A stretch of 64,000 nucleotides of DNA, from contig DASZPH010000107.1 of assembly GCA_035550375.1 (NCBI GenBank), positions 23,245 through 87,244 on the forward strand, in the 5' to 3' direction. Made by a program: the position numbers and the translations under genes. Below, in pieces: positions 32,301 to 38,200 of the stretch. How positions within the stretch are numbered: position 1 is the first letter of the stretch; every line of letters starts with the position of its first letter. The DNA comes from Pirellulales bacterium. Lineage in GTDB: Bacteria; Planctomycetota; Planctomycetia; Pirellulales; JAICIG01. The notes beneath the pieces are model-generated. The model saw nothing but the letters and a program-made list of their open reading frames with translations, did not search any database and was not told the DNA's origin.

Positions 32301-33962
32301 TACAACTCCGGTCGGGACGGGTGCAGAAGAGATCGCGTTGATCTCTGCAACCATTGGGCTTAGGTTTGAGGGGTTCGGTGCGCTGCCGGAGGCATCAATG
32401 TTGAATACATCGAAGTTCGTCAGCAGAGGCTGCGCGGTGCTAGGGCTCGCGTTTAAATGGACCGGGCCGCCGCTCTGGCGAGCGACGTATCCGATTCGGT
32501 CCGCAATGGTGTACTGGTAGCTCTGAGAGGATAGCCCGGGACCGGTCAACTGCATGTTGAGAAAAATGCCTGTGACGGCCTGCGTCGAAAACGGGAAGCT
32601 CGTCAGAACGTCCTGGTACTCGGTGCCTTTGATAATTTCTGCCTGGTTTGCGGTCGAGCCTTCGTCAAGAACAGCCAAGTATGGCGAATAGCTAGTCGTA
32701 ATGGATCCCAACGCCAGAGCGCCTGCTGAGGTTTGCGACACGGTGTGGCCGAGCACGACGGATCGTCCCACCAGGTCGACGTCGTTGAACGTTTGATCCA
32801 GGACAGTCGTGTCGCTAAAGGGGTTGAGGCCGAAGGCCGCCGCCCCCGTGCTGTACTCTTCCACCGTGAGGCTGACTTCCGTTTTCTGGCGCAGGTTGTC
32901 GGGAACTTCGCTGAAGGTGTTACTCGAGGCGGTGGCGTTTTGACCAACGGCCTGCCCCGCAAATTCGGGATCAGCGTCTTTCATGCCACTGCCGGCGTCG
33001 AACTGGAACCAGAAGTGATCTTTCGCCTCCGACAATAGCTGCGGATCGTTCGCGGGGTCGGAAGTTTGCGTCCCGGCCGGAACGTAGCCCACCGTCTGAT
33101 AGCTTGTCGGGAACATCGAGAGGATGAGTTGCTGGGCCTGAGCGGTGGAAAGAGTTCCCTCCTCGTATTGGGCCGGGATGCCGCTGGCCCGCATTAGGGC
33201 CACGCCCAGGCTGGCGTCGTCGAGCGAATTGCCCGCGCCGGACCAGAGCGTGCCGCGGGCGCCGCGCAAGCTGCCGGAGTAGGAGTTGTAGCCGACCTGC
33301 GTTTGCAGAAAGTTGTAGATTTGCGTTGGGTCGTAGTTGAGCTCCGCCGCCTTCTCTTGCACATACGGATCGTTGGTGTTGGCATCCGGGGTGCTGGCCA
33401 AAAGGTTGGCGGGTATGGCGGTCGTGCGCAAGGTGGCCGGCGAGGTCGTCCAGTTCACCATGCCAGCGCCGAGGCTGCCGTAGGCGCTCGCTCCCAGGTC
33501 CAACGTGGTGGGTGTCGCCTTGGCTAATGAGACTGTCAGCGTGACACTGGCGTCGTTGAAGGCTTTGATCGTGCCGAGGCTCCAGGCCAGTTCTTGGCCG
33601 TTCTGATCAGGCAACTGTGACGCGCTGGCGAAGGTTACGCCGTTGGCCAGCGTATCGGTCAACAGAACGCCAGCGATGTCGTCGCCGGATTCATTGTAGA
33701 CGGTGAAGGTCAGCGTCTCCTGGTTGTTCCGCACGTCCGGCACATCGTAGGCCGACAGCGTCCGTCCCACGACGATCGTCGGCGGCACGCTGCTAGCGCC
33801 GCCGATGTCGAGCATGACCCGCTCTTCAAGCGGCTCAATAACGGAGTAGCGAAGCTCTAGGCCGAGCAGGTTTCGACATCGGCCGGCCTTCGTACGTCGT
33901 TCCCATCGATTCGGGTTGAAGAATCCAGAGTTGCCGCGGCCACCTCGAAAGAAGTGCGTCAT
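17379..33962 (-). CDS. Giant modular surface/adhesin-like protein, ~5,527 aa from ATG 33962 (track ORF extends to 34181)
   Basis: A single uninterrupted ORF. N to C: basic leader plus IEPLEERVMLD; a DUF11-like domain; a transglutaminase-like core; a hydrophobic/K-rich segment; many CARDB/DUF11-like Ig-fold modules; an LVIVD-repeat propeller; an N/T/P-rich linker; a right-handed beta-helix region; LamG; Ig-like; an NHL/SGL-like propeller; more CARDB-like modules; 2x(cadherin-like + 2 PKD) plus 1 PKD; and 4 DUF4214 repeats. The start was chosen at MTHFFRGG (GGAG 7 nt upstream). Confidence 0.85.
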   Translation of the reverse strand: MTHFFRGGRGNSGFFNPNRWERRTKAGRCRNLLGLELRYSVIEPLEERVMLDIGGASSVPPTIVVGRTLSAYDVPDVRNNQETLTFTVYNESGDDIAGVLLTDTLANGVTFASASQLPDQNGQELAWSLGTIKAFNDASVTLTVSLAKATPTTLDLGASAYGSLGAGMVNWTTSPATLRTTAIPANLLASTPDANTNDPYVQEKAAELNYDPTQIYNFLQTQVGYNSYSGSLRGARGTLWSGAGNSLDDASLGVALMRASGIPAQYEEGTLSTAQAQQLILSMFPTSYQTVGYVPAGTQTSDPANDPQLLSEAKDHFWFQFDAGSGMKDADPEFAGQAVGQNATASSNTFSEVPDNLRQKTEVSLTVEEYSTGAAAFGLNPFSDTTVLDQTFNDVDLVGRSVVLGHTVSQTSAGALALGSITTSYSPYLAVLDEGSTANQAEIIKGTEYQDVLTSFPFSTQAVTGIFLNMQLTGPGLSSQSYQYTIADRIGYVARQSGGPVHLNASPSTAQPLLTNFDVFNIDASGSAPNPSNLSPMVAEINAISSAPVPTGVVPSDGTAILDLAAEEAHVISSTFYDQSDDSAQLLSDSMLVKAYEDRPRIMVVAHRVTQSADGSVSVDASIDLTRNSLRVIPIPGQNLSQIESFNVTRGLLDTYLEEGVLSAAVPGSTASGAGAVLSAATAQNIPLVVLDASTASAVTSLAISAEGKARIASAIADGDLVVVPTREVALNGEETIAWLEVNPTTGETIGVSENGLHNGFVELGAVTLTVGTLVTIGYIVASLNAYTYFKNDGQLIGDLYVACHQAAIASKSAKAQRQCQEAFKHAKDKAKAFAEEVDHILKFVNKDLQDPAETGLKDGIHNALSHANLAGPKDPPLPTALVGDIAGGTGELDSPTTNAAQLPLTVAANLSAGPLTGQGDSSAVSASGALTASWSNSASGSVFHTSSLSATSATVFDSTGAAVGAGSVTLSGASLVTATISGNDQYQMTGAGAISFYGPAENSLGVGGTWTEYTATVTGNVRVEVNTGSLTLNGITLPAGQYGISATSLSMAGSGDVASPTYAASASVSVANGTIDLGNGTGKLNVGSSHVDLTNGVALVGYTGTLAIAPGAPAGLDSVTLNGSASNVMSVAAAPNTLTADQNTPVSFQPSISTSFSDSYSLSVSAPAGWNVAIGATGLVTLTPAAGVQSGTYPVQIFVQSATNPDLEAQSTVNVAVTSTAPGANFSVRPDTYYGVPFNGADVPSAFQALIRNTGPAADTYKLTFANVPGGFTILSTATSVTVPAGQTGILGLYLQPTGTTLPPPGTDLSFMVTATSTTNPAIMQTVNVSFTMPAVDAVTVASNPASVTSTPGSPATATVTITNVGNVPTKAALSSSTDSNLTASGLPTAPVSVGVGQSTTETVTLTPAASAALNSTLTATFNAGPAATSDTVSVVSVSAALAGAGGTATPQAGTGATGAANFAPGETVDVTTDILAGVTSPRKALASYTVTDSTGTTVFMSTPVTVALGALPADDAVDLGTMATAALAAGFYTVHVSITEIGGQAIAGATGTGTLLINSPVAAGLSVDAEQASPGVNIVTSTLTVANQPSLGSVLTDGTASSVAVNGTLAYVAGTKDINVVDISDPSNPKIVGTFGGDKLISGGDSFVQVSGNDLVVATRQIAGATSFDVLVYTLSDPKNPQFAGSVSVPYGSLASMSLQGTTAYFPTAAYNYDPSSGSVSGQFGDLAAVDFSNPTSPKFDGVLFNDLGAPNGHAGFESQFAPAGGQLAYLVGSTSSGADTQTGVGRVLIVNTNNPANLSVSGELDLPGTVVATAIAVDGNTALVVGSSGGLLSPFGDLSNSQLTGNLTLTLLNVSNPASPTIIGSTVVTQETFASYGENSLGGFQAVSLGNNRFAVTDALLNGAFVMLTVDASTPSNPAIDAFTVSSPISGLAALGGELLAASANGLQVLQANALTTTSVTAEVDVPNTGATINLNSFSTPPTQIVPGANSTALIWKLSLAPGDNQQITWQSTTSDLLPGEIQQVATGASVQFTESGTSESITLPALNVVAIEAPQSVQIPLLVRSAQTVAISQAAVDAGSAGSSQLAATLSELSDSISQLQTTPSDPNLLSRTRLLLNNLSPELAADPALAPFVAQLAPLQADANSGDVTDLLAALPTFFQNVDAVLAVEASEQFTISVSPNEVDLPALANQQKNLTVTVADTGPKPVTLTLSTGALPNGVTANLGPTQITLQPGASQTVPLTLNSNLVSTHIFTLDVKATDSTDSALATVSHDGTAVVAVRAAAADVLGVTVNPISVTNAGTPIAVSASIFNTANASRSVLAHLTVLDSTNKVVASPPDVPISLAPAASAVNFDLGNLDTTGLANGVYTLEVSLRAADGTALPGKSSEAPFLVGVPISASVSGNPSTLPPGTSTVTTTITVSNTDPPTGNTTPNTNNTNNNNTGTNNTNTTSGNNTPTQNTPTNVQPQSADPPAAPPAPPTPPAFNPPAGDAVKWIGPASGNWDLAANWLDTTTNTKHVPDATDNVTIDAPGLTITVETGNQAAQSLLVKTGSTLAVTGGDLSVSSGAEIDGTVNLSGGHTLAMGGGATIAGSLSWANGGVLNLDGGKLFNTGTMNLSSTVYLDSRSPTGTSNLKGTLYNEGTVVEQSGSLYLYDSVTLDNTSGGTWQFADDVGIGNGSFSPIVVNDGTFEKTSGTGTSSIALPLTSTGGTFQADSGTLALGVGGDSFDGTSFNAQSGATINLGNGESFNAATFNAEGSGATINTGSGATFDAGTFTAAAGGAINLSGNNTFSGTLSGSGAGTVSLSSGDSTIGAGGATFDFPAGMFQWTNAGIDLLGNTLTNSGSLTLGSDTSNTNESLYSANTTQNNLGGTLENLGTITLAGTTALYLYDGVTIDNPSGSSVLFAGDGSIDWAGRNQPVMNNGGLLEKTSGTGTSGIPAGFASTGQIKVDSGTLSLATNGSATIAGTNFVVASGATLDLAGNSSGNVFSGGFTGSGGGTVLLEGGGIVIGSGGATFDFPAGMFQWTGGGINLEGNTLTNTGAITVANKNIVSLYANDFFSGGNKPDLGGTLDNQGTIADEGPSAVNLYDSVLLKNEAAATVSLTGGASLVFGNYSSAISNAGTINAANGGGTTTISAPLTNSGTLTDVAGELDMGDLINGGTVDAGANPLKFSNADVQNSGTLETEGGTLSFDSNSTFNNTGTLQVNGGSADFAGRVTQLEQPNPSSSGYLTGGTWIAAGGGAIRFPTNYNVSYNYATIVIKGAGSSITGIQNLAANNGALAITSGATFTTAGDFTNNGVLTLGGGSTAGTLRPAETTALAFNGSSDYVQVGNTGARPTQGALSFWMQPTTVSSYQDVLTTGPTNSNGSGGNQAIRFEENGQSLYALFGSDTANDSSGFSSFLLTNSLTPGAWVNVALTWDSSTNQVTGYLNGNQVFSGTNANFPSEFGNVTFGVGYSLNPGYERYYNGLLNDVRLYDVQRSQADIQSDMTSLLTGGESGLIGYWPLNDGSGTTAKDLSAGAHNGTLGGGTAANEPTWAVTDVALGVPGNFTQSATGTLDVQLGGTPASGHFGQIAATGTATFAGMLRSEFTNGYTPTAGDNFTVATYASTTGSFGAIDLAETPTVAYSANVGTSSLVLQSQAATLTPTQTTVSSSAPSGANYGQLVEYTATVTASSGTPTGSVQFQVDGLNQGLPIALSGGQATVTLALPAGTHSITAFYISGSSQFSNSDDAATPLTQIVNPAAVTPSSIELYYTTYGGPASVDKVAVSLSQGNVTLGTPATIVQNIPADGLIFLPNGDLLTADGEASEINPNTGAVTTETQVSGAHLALDPSGKYVWTSPQPGSLYKLPIDPLGPATVETLTGDDTQVTHLAFDNSGQAFYVSSGPGGYGSFGLIDLTTFTTRRIYSDLPAAHGITYDPFTGDLFLVGAASVAQIDPNTLKIVSELDFPGSGFEFDQGAEDGKGHLYAADNGGHLLVVDYSGTGLIGDPRNFVATPFLATDLDDVAPLSGLGGAGIPVTVTHQLPATGYDVNPTSITPNPSSFSSSDVTWNTTFTPGQPETDQFQLAGQVTNMAPGEVRQISEGTTVTATVTATDGTQIPVSINLPPVVVAAQHIIELTPPTETVDQGATATYTVELSNPLPTDETYTLSIDGLPAGENATLAVSVPVAAGKTVDVPLTISVPLGALQGMQAFLVSAQTLEGASDSVEGQLTVSANVATSALAVNLSLTPTHAVAGQTNPAIYTLTVTNTGDTTDTYNLAAALPQGFTGTFSQTTITVPPGISNFRDIQFSVTPPAGATAQDYPFTITATSATDGTVSAQAGGTVSVLAQGVQVQLTPSSAVPGSTYQLKVTNTGQTADTFNLSLASAGALVATLGTNQVTLQPGASQTVPVTTTAANFADAGAMPLTGIATSQTNSSVQAQSTADLSIASTQSMTAAFNPAQQTLVVPGQTSFLLQVNNTGNTEDSYSATIVGTTGPITANLVGLDGQPTQSVPLFILPGLASGAILLQVNATGTGQGTVTVLVQSLSNSSIQAAPTATITVPAPVVPPPTLTLTNDTGAAATEGASTVLTNAMLQATDSDTSVTAANIVYKLTATPAQGALLLGGQTLAAGSTFTQDDVNSGRVAYKASEEGGDSFGFSVSATGAASLTGTFLIATSDPAVVPTGGFTFNAVEGASSSVQTVATFTDPGGFEPRASYSAEINWGDGTSSAGTIILPAAGQAAATVTGQHTYAEEGNYTLSIAIGHEGAPIATAAGVASVSDPAVVASGGFTFSAIAGDAGTAQTVAVFTDPGGAEAVTDYSATIDWGDGSNATIGVISLGAATGLFAVAGQHVYASPGDYPIHVTVSHDSAPSASVTSAAAVSVVGTAPILTLAKDAGAPATEGASVGITNTLLQTTDSDSSVLATNIVYTLTAAPTQGSLLLSGQPLTNGGTFTQDDIDQGRLTYMATEEGADAFGFNVAASGAARIGGTFLIATSDPAVVATGGFTFTASEGSSSAPQTVATFTDPGGFEPQASYSAEIDWGDGTSSAGAVVLPGAGQVVATVTGQHTYAEEGDYSVHITLHHEGAPATTATSKAVVSDPAVAATGGFIYSATEGNAGSVQTVAVFTDPGGAEAVGDYSATIDWGDGTSAAAGGVTFDAATHIFTVSGQHDYSQDGTYSVKVTLAHESAPAITVTSAAQIANASTSGGGGIAATGLTLTGNELTVLTSVAVATFTDGDGSLPAADFSATIDWGDGTSSAGSIALSSGTYTVSGSHEYTDEGHYTVKVSVDQTAGPTTGGTTSATVSAAATIHEQPLVNGAVGTPNQKWVQEVYRDLFGRQAELQGLNYWVAELTQGVPRAEVAHEMVQVASFQEFQHDTVVALYRQYLGRAPDAAGEAYWTAYLYNGGTIPDMSLALVTSPEFYDARGGGTVDGFLNALFQDALGRSIDASALAYFQRQMAQGATAADVAAAVFASDEYHRVRVNALFEQLLDRAADAGALDYYAGELDSGAVEELVVTQLISSDEYFNRLQV
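17382..18011 (-). other. C-terminal DUF4214 repeat region of the giant protein (about four repeats)
   Basis: Recurrent V..LYR..LGR..D..G..YW......G pattern: VQEVYRDLFGRQAELQGLNYW, VVALYRQYLGRAPDAAGEAYW, LNALFQDALGRSIDASALAYF, VNALFEQLLDRAADAGALDYY. Confidence 0.7.
18375..20288 (-). repeat. Tandem duplication of a ~0.96-kb module (cadherin-like domain + two PKD-like domains) inside the giant gene
   Basis: Unit 1 spans 19335..20288 (318 aa) and unit 2 spans 18375..19334 (320 aa). They align end to end, e.g. ATSDPAVVPTGGFTFNAVEGASSSVQTVATFTDPGGFEPRASYSAEINWGDGTSSAG versus ATSDPAVVATGGFTFTASEGSSSAPQTVATFTDPGGFEPQASYSAEIDWGDGTSSAG. A further single PKD-like copy lies at 18012..18374. Confidence 0.85.
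21900..22700 (-). other. Six-bladed-type (NHL/SGL-like) beta-propeller region of the giant protein
   Basis: Repeated short-strand pattern: DGLIFLPNGDLLTAD, HLALDPSGKYVWTS, HLAFDNSGQAFYVS, HGITYDPFTGDLFLV, GKGHLYAADNGGHLLVVD. Boundaries are approximate. Confidence 0.5.
23380..23990 (-). other. LamG / concanavalin-A-like lectin domain of the giant protein
   Basis: ALAFNGSSDYVQVGN...GALSFWMQP...WVNVALTWDSSTNQVTGYLNGNQV...GLLNDVRLYDVQRSQADIQ...GLIGYWPLNDGSG is the LamG_3 pattern. Boundaries are approximate. Confidence 0.65.
24000..26480 (-). repeat. Right-handed beta-helix-type region built from three large (~200-230 aa) diverged repeat units
   Basis: G/T/S/N-rich short-strand repeats (SGATINLG, GTLENLGTITL and similar). 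A conserved landmark, GATFDFPAGMFQWT, occurs at 25458..25499 and 24864..24905 (594 nt apart), with a diverged third copy, GATIAGSLSWAN, near 26160..26195. Confidence 0.6.
26480..26685 (-). repeat. Low-complexity Asn/Thr-rich then Pro/Ala-rich linker (imperfect GTT/GGT microsatellite-like DNA)
   Basis: It encodes NTDPPTGNTTPNTNNTNNNNTGTNNTNTTSGNNTPTQNTPTNVQPQSADPPAAPPAPPTPPAFNPP. The plus-strand DNA reads tgttgttgttattggtgttgttcgt. Confidence 0.8.
28140..29210 (-). other. LVIVD-repeat beta-propeller region of the giant protein
   Basis: VAVNGTLAYVAGTKDINVVDISDPSNPKIVGTF, VLVYTLSDPKNPQFAGSV, DLAAVDFSNPTSPKFDGVL, RVLIVNTNNPANLSVSGEL, LTLLNVSNPASPTIIGST. This is the (V/I)D(I/V)SNP..P signature of LVIVD repeats. 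Confidence 0.65.
32960..33260 (-). other. Transglutaminase-like (papain-fold) core with Ser at the nucleophile position
   Basis: RGTLWSGAGNSLDDASLGVALMRASGIPAQYEEG aligns to the G.C.D.A.L..AL.RA.GIPARY.G core with Ser (tcg, 33225..33227) where Cys is expected. Downstream, HFWFQF supplies the His (33015..33017) and KDADPEF the Asp (32970..32972). Confidence 0.55.
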
Positions 33963-34329
33963 CGTATGGCTCCGTGTGCTCTGGCGCGGCGACTGATGGC
34001 TCGGCGCGCACCTCGTCTTTTCGGCTTTCTGCCGCCTGGTCCCGGTCTGGCGAGGTAGATAGTAGGCAGCAATTTCGGCGGTTGCAAGAAATTTTCGGTG
34101 GTCCGCAATCCAGAGGAAGACCGAGGGCACCACCACCTGCCGAAACCGCTTCCGCACCGCACCGAAAAGGTCTGGCGGCAACCGTCTGGAGCCGCCCCTC
34201 TTCCGTCGCTCGAGGGGATGGTACGATAGACCTCACTTAAAGCCCATTTGAGGAACCGACGGGCAAGTGAGACGCCCGCACAACGCCGGTTCGGAGAGGC
34301 TTAGCGTAGTTCACCCCGCCCGCACCCTC

Positions 34330-34352
34330 ACCCTCTCCCAGAGGGAGAGGGT
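34330..34352. repeat. REP-like perfect hairpin ACCCTCTCCC-aga-GGGAGAGGGT in the folD leader / divergent intergenic region
   Basis: A 10-bp perfect stem (34330..34339 / 34343..34352) with a 3-nt loop, 24 nt upstream of the folD ATG. A degenerate left arm (aaccctctccaaaaggg) recurs at about 50031..50047. Confidence 0.5.
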
Positions 34353-34375
34353 ACATCAAATCCCGACGAGTCACC

Positions 34376-35239
34376 ATGAGCGCGATTATCCTTGACGGCA
34401 AAGCCCTGGCGGCCGAATTGCAAGCTGAGCTGGCGGTTGACGTCGCCGACTTCATCGCCAACAACGGCGTCATGCCGGCGCTGGCGGCCGTGCTGGTCGG
34501 CGAGAATCCGGCCAGCGAAGTCTATGTGCGCAACAAGCGGCAGGCTTGCGAGCGTTCGGGCATGGAGAGCGCGCTGCACCGGCTTCCCGCCGACGCCGCG
34601 ACCGAGAGCGTGCTGGCGTTGGTGCACCGGCTCAACGTCGACGACCGGATCCACGGCATACTCGTGCAATTGCCGTTGCCGCCGCAGGTCGACACGACTC
34701 GCGTGTTAGACGCCGTCGACCCGCTCAAGGACGTCGACGCCTTTCACCCGGAGAACGTAGGCCGCATCGTACAGGGTCGGCCGCGTTTTCTGCCTTGCAC
34801 GCCCAACGGCATTCGACAGCTCCTGCTGCGGCATCAGGTTCGGATCGACGGGCAGCACGTGGTCATCGTAGGCCGCAGCGATATTGTGGGGAAACCGATG
34901 GCGAACATGCTCATGCAGCGCGGCCCCCACGCCGACGCCACGGTGACCGTCTGTCACAGCCGGACGCGAGATCTCGCCGCGATCACGCGGCAAGCCGACA
35001 TCCTGATCGTCGCGGTCGGCCAGCCCCGGTTCATCACGTGCGACATGGTCAAGCCGGGCGCCGTCGTGATCGACGTCGGCATCAACCGTTTGCCCGAAGG
35101 GCTGGTCGGCGACGTCGATTTTCAGCACGTGAAGGAGGTCGCCAGCATGATCACGCCCGTGCCTCGGGGCGTCGGTCCGCTCACCGTCAGCATGCTCTTG
35201 CAGAACACGCTGCTTGCCGCCCGGCTGCGGCGCCCGTAG
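34376..35239 (+). CDS. folD: Bifunctional methylenetetrahydrofolate dehydrogenase / methenyl-THF cyclohydrolase
   Basis: ILDGKALA...PALAAVLVGENPASEVYVRNKRQACE..GM, GILVQLPLP, PCTPNGI, VVIVGRSDIVGKPMANML, GAVVIDVGINR, ITPVPRGVGPLTV. These are canonical FolD motifs. Confidence 0.9.
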   Translation: MSAIILDGKALAAELQAELAVDVADFIANNGVMPALAAVLVGENPASEVYVRNKRQACERSGMESALHRLPADAATESVLALVHRLNVDDRIHGILVQLPLPPQVDTTRVLDAVDPLKDVDAFHPENVGRIVQGRPRFLPCTPNGIRQLLLRHQVRIDGQHVVIVGRSDIVGKPMANMLMQRGPHADATVTVCHSRTRDLAAITRQADILIVAVGQPRFITCDMVKPGAVVIDVGINRLPEGLVGDVDFQHVKEVASMITPVPRGVGPLTVSMLLQNTLLAARLRRP

Positions 35240-35287
35240 GTTCCCCCAAGAATTCCTTCTGACCGACTCTGGCGGACGATACCCGCC

Positions 35288-38200
35288 TTACTCGCCGCGC
35301 AGCAAATAGGCTAAGAGCTGGCTCAATTCGTCCGGCGTCTTCACGATGCCGGCGGGCATAGGCGAAACGTCTTGCAACGCGCGCTCCACGATCTCGCTCT
35401 TGGCGAGCGAGCGGCGCGTGCCGTCCTGCTCCAGCAGCTCCAGGCGGTCGGCCGTCTCACTTACCACCAGCCCGGTTAGCGTTTTGCCCGCGTCCGTCTC
35501 AAGCGTCGTGCGGCGAAACACGGGTGAGATTTGCTTGCTGGGCAGCAAGACCGATTCGACCAGGTAGGGAAGCGTGAACCGTTTTCCCGCGCCGGCCAGG
35601 CTCGGCCCCCCTCCGCTGGGCGCGTCGGAACTTACGGCATGGCATTTCACGCAGGCAAGTTTCTCGAAGAGTCGCCGGCCCTGCGCGGGATCGGCCTCGG
35701 CGACCGCCTTAGGCCAGTCGACGGTGAGAAACGCGGCCGCCACCTCGCCGCCAGCTTGCCCGGCGGCGCTTTTCAGGCGATCGGCCAGAGAATCGGTTCC
35801 CACTTTCTCGGGAAGCCGCACGGCGACGCTCCCCAGCGCCCGGTAGTGCAAGTACCAGCCGCACTCACCCGAAAGGTTTTGCACCCGCACGAGCACGTCG
35901 TTGCTGCCTGGTTCCAGTTCCAGGGGCACGACGTCTTGCAGCGGCAGCGCCGCGCGCACAACCGGGTTTGTCCAGACTTCGCGGCCGTTGTGCCATACTT
36001 TCACGCCGTCGTCGGATCCGACCATCAGCCGGACACGCTCGCGACGGGCGGTCTCCATCCTGAAGTAGGCGTAGAACGAGGCGTCGCCGGGGGCAGCGAA
36101 CCTGCGCGCGAGATCGACGTGAGCCGCGTTCTCGACCTCTTTCCAGGCCACTTTCGCGTCGCCCTGCGTATAAACGGCCGAAACGTCGATCGGCCCGACT
36201 TCTGGCGGGTGGACCGTGGCTAGGCCGCGGCCGCCATCGGGGAACGGCCCGGCCAACCAGACGCGGTCGATTCCCTTGAGCGGGGCGACGGCCAAACGAC
36301 GCTCCTCACTTTCCTCGACCACCCTGGCCACCGCCGGTTCGCTGCGCGCGTCGCCCAGCAATCGCAAGAAGTACGCCGCTTGCAGGCGGACGGCCTCATC
36401 GGCGTCCCCGAGCCTCCCCGAGAGCAGCGAGAAAAGCGCTTCTTGCTCGGCGGAGTGCTTCCTGGCCCGCCAGTGCTCGGCGACCGTGAAGTTGCCGATC
36501 GCTCCGTGCTTGCGCAGGTCGATCTTTTCGTCGGCGAATTGAACCATGTATTGTTCTTCGCCCGGCAAAGGCGCCAGCGGCAAATCGCCGGCGACGGGTT
36601 CCGTGGCGGGGGGCACGGTCAGGCGGAATCCGGCGGCCAAAACGCCGGCGAGCCTGCCGGCGGCGTCCGTGCTCTCGACGAGCCGAACCAATTGATCGCG
36701 TGTGGCCCGCTGGGCCAGCAACAGTGCCGCCGGCTGGCGGAGGTAACTGTCGCTGCTGCGGGCCGGGCCTTGAAAGACCTGCTCGGGCAACGCACCTTCG
36801 AGGCGGAAGAAGGCGAGCAAGGCCGCGTGTTGCACTTGGAGTTCGGCATCGGCGAGGGCGGTTGCGAACACGTCCCGCGGTACGGTCGGCGCCGCGTACT
36901 CGGTCAGGGCTCGCAGGGCCTGGAGACGGACGTCCGCGCTGCTGTCTCGCGCGAGCTGGATCAGGTCGTCGACGGCATTCCCGTTGGCCGCGGCCAGCCA
37001 GATGAGGTGTTCTCGAGCTGGGTCGTCGAGCGGCACCCGGCGGAGCCTCGACGCCGCTTCGGCAAGCGTGGGTTGCCCTCGGCGCAACAGTTCGACGTGT
37101 GCCGCCTCGCGCCTCGACCGCGAAGGGCTCGATAGCTCGGTCCAGAGTTGGTCGGTATCGGCACGAACGAGATCGATCGCCTGAAAAGGGTGCGATGTCG
37201 GGTCGTCGCGGCGGGTAATCATCACCAGGTCGCTTTTGTAAACCGGCGATCCTTCGTTGTGGGCCATGTGAGCGACCGTGACGAAAATGCGGCCGCCGCG
37301 GGCGACGCTCACCCCCACCGGACGCGCGTCGTTTTCACAGGCGAGCAGCACCTTCTCTTCGGCTTTAAAACTGGCGCCGCGCCGCTCCAAGGGATAACGC
37401 GTGACGCTCCGCGTACACCATCGAGCAACCAGCAGGTTGTCACGATACACGGCCGGCAGCAACTCGTCGTCATAATAGGCCTGACCCACGGGCACCGCCC
37501 GGCCCATGCCGGCGAACAGGGTGTCGAGCAGATCTCGTCGGTCGGGCGTCTTCTCGACCATCCAGCCACGCGGCCAGAAGAACTCGGCGTGGGGCGTCAC
37601 ATGAAGCAGCCGGCCGGGGACGTAAAGATCGGGAATGCTCTCGTGGTCGTTGTCGTTGGAAAACAGATTCCAATGCCGGTCGAAAGCCAGGCCGCACGCA
37701 TTGCGCATGCCACGGGCCACGACTTGAAAGCGGCTTCCGTCCGGGCGGCATCGAAAGACGCCGCCGACGCCGGTGTAGGGTGTGGCCGTGTCGTCGGGCT
37801 GGCTGAAAAATGTCCAATGGCACCAGTGATCGGGACGGCTGAAGTCCCCATAGCTGACCACGGGGTCGCCCATCGACAGGTACAAGTCCCCCTCTGGTCC
37901 CCAGGCGAGGGCATGAAAGCATTGATGCACATGGCCGAGGGGCACGCCCCATACGAGCCGTTTCACCCGCAGTCCCTCGCGATGTGTCGCGCCGCCCGGC
38001 AGCACATATAGCGCGCTGACCGTGAGCAAGTAGAGGTCGTCGCCGCGGACGGCGATGTCGTTGATCCACGTATGGTCGGGAAATCGATAGAGGAGGCGCG
38101 GTGCCTGATATCCGCCCTTCTCATCAGGTTCGTAAACGAACAGCGACCGCCGGCCACCGACGAAGATCCGACCCATTGAGTCCCCCCGCACTGAGAAGAA

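Noticed and set aside
33963-34181. 73-aa N-terminal extension of the giant ORF (MPPDLFGAVRKRF...)
   Set aside because: It has no recognisable signal or domain. ATG 33962 has a GGAG 7 nt upstream and places the LEER motif at the same residue number as in the SBBP protein. I cannot strictly exclude the extension.
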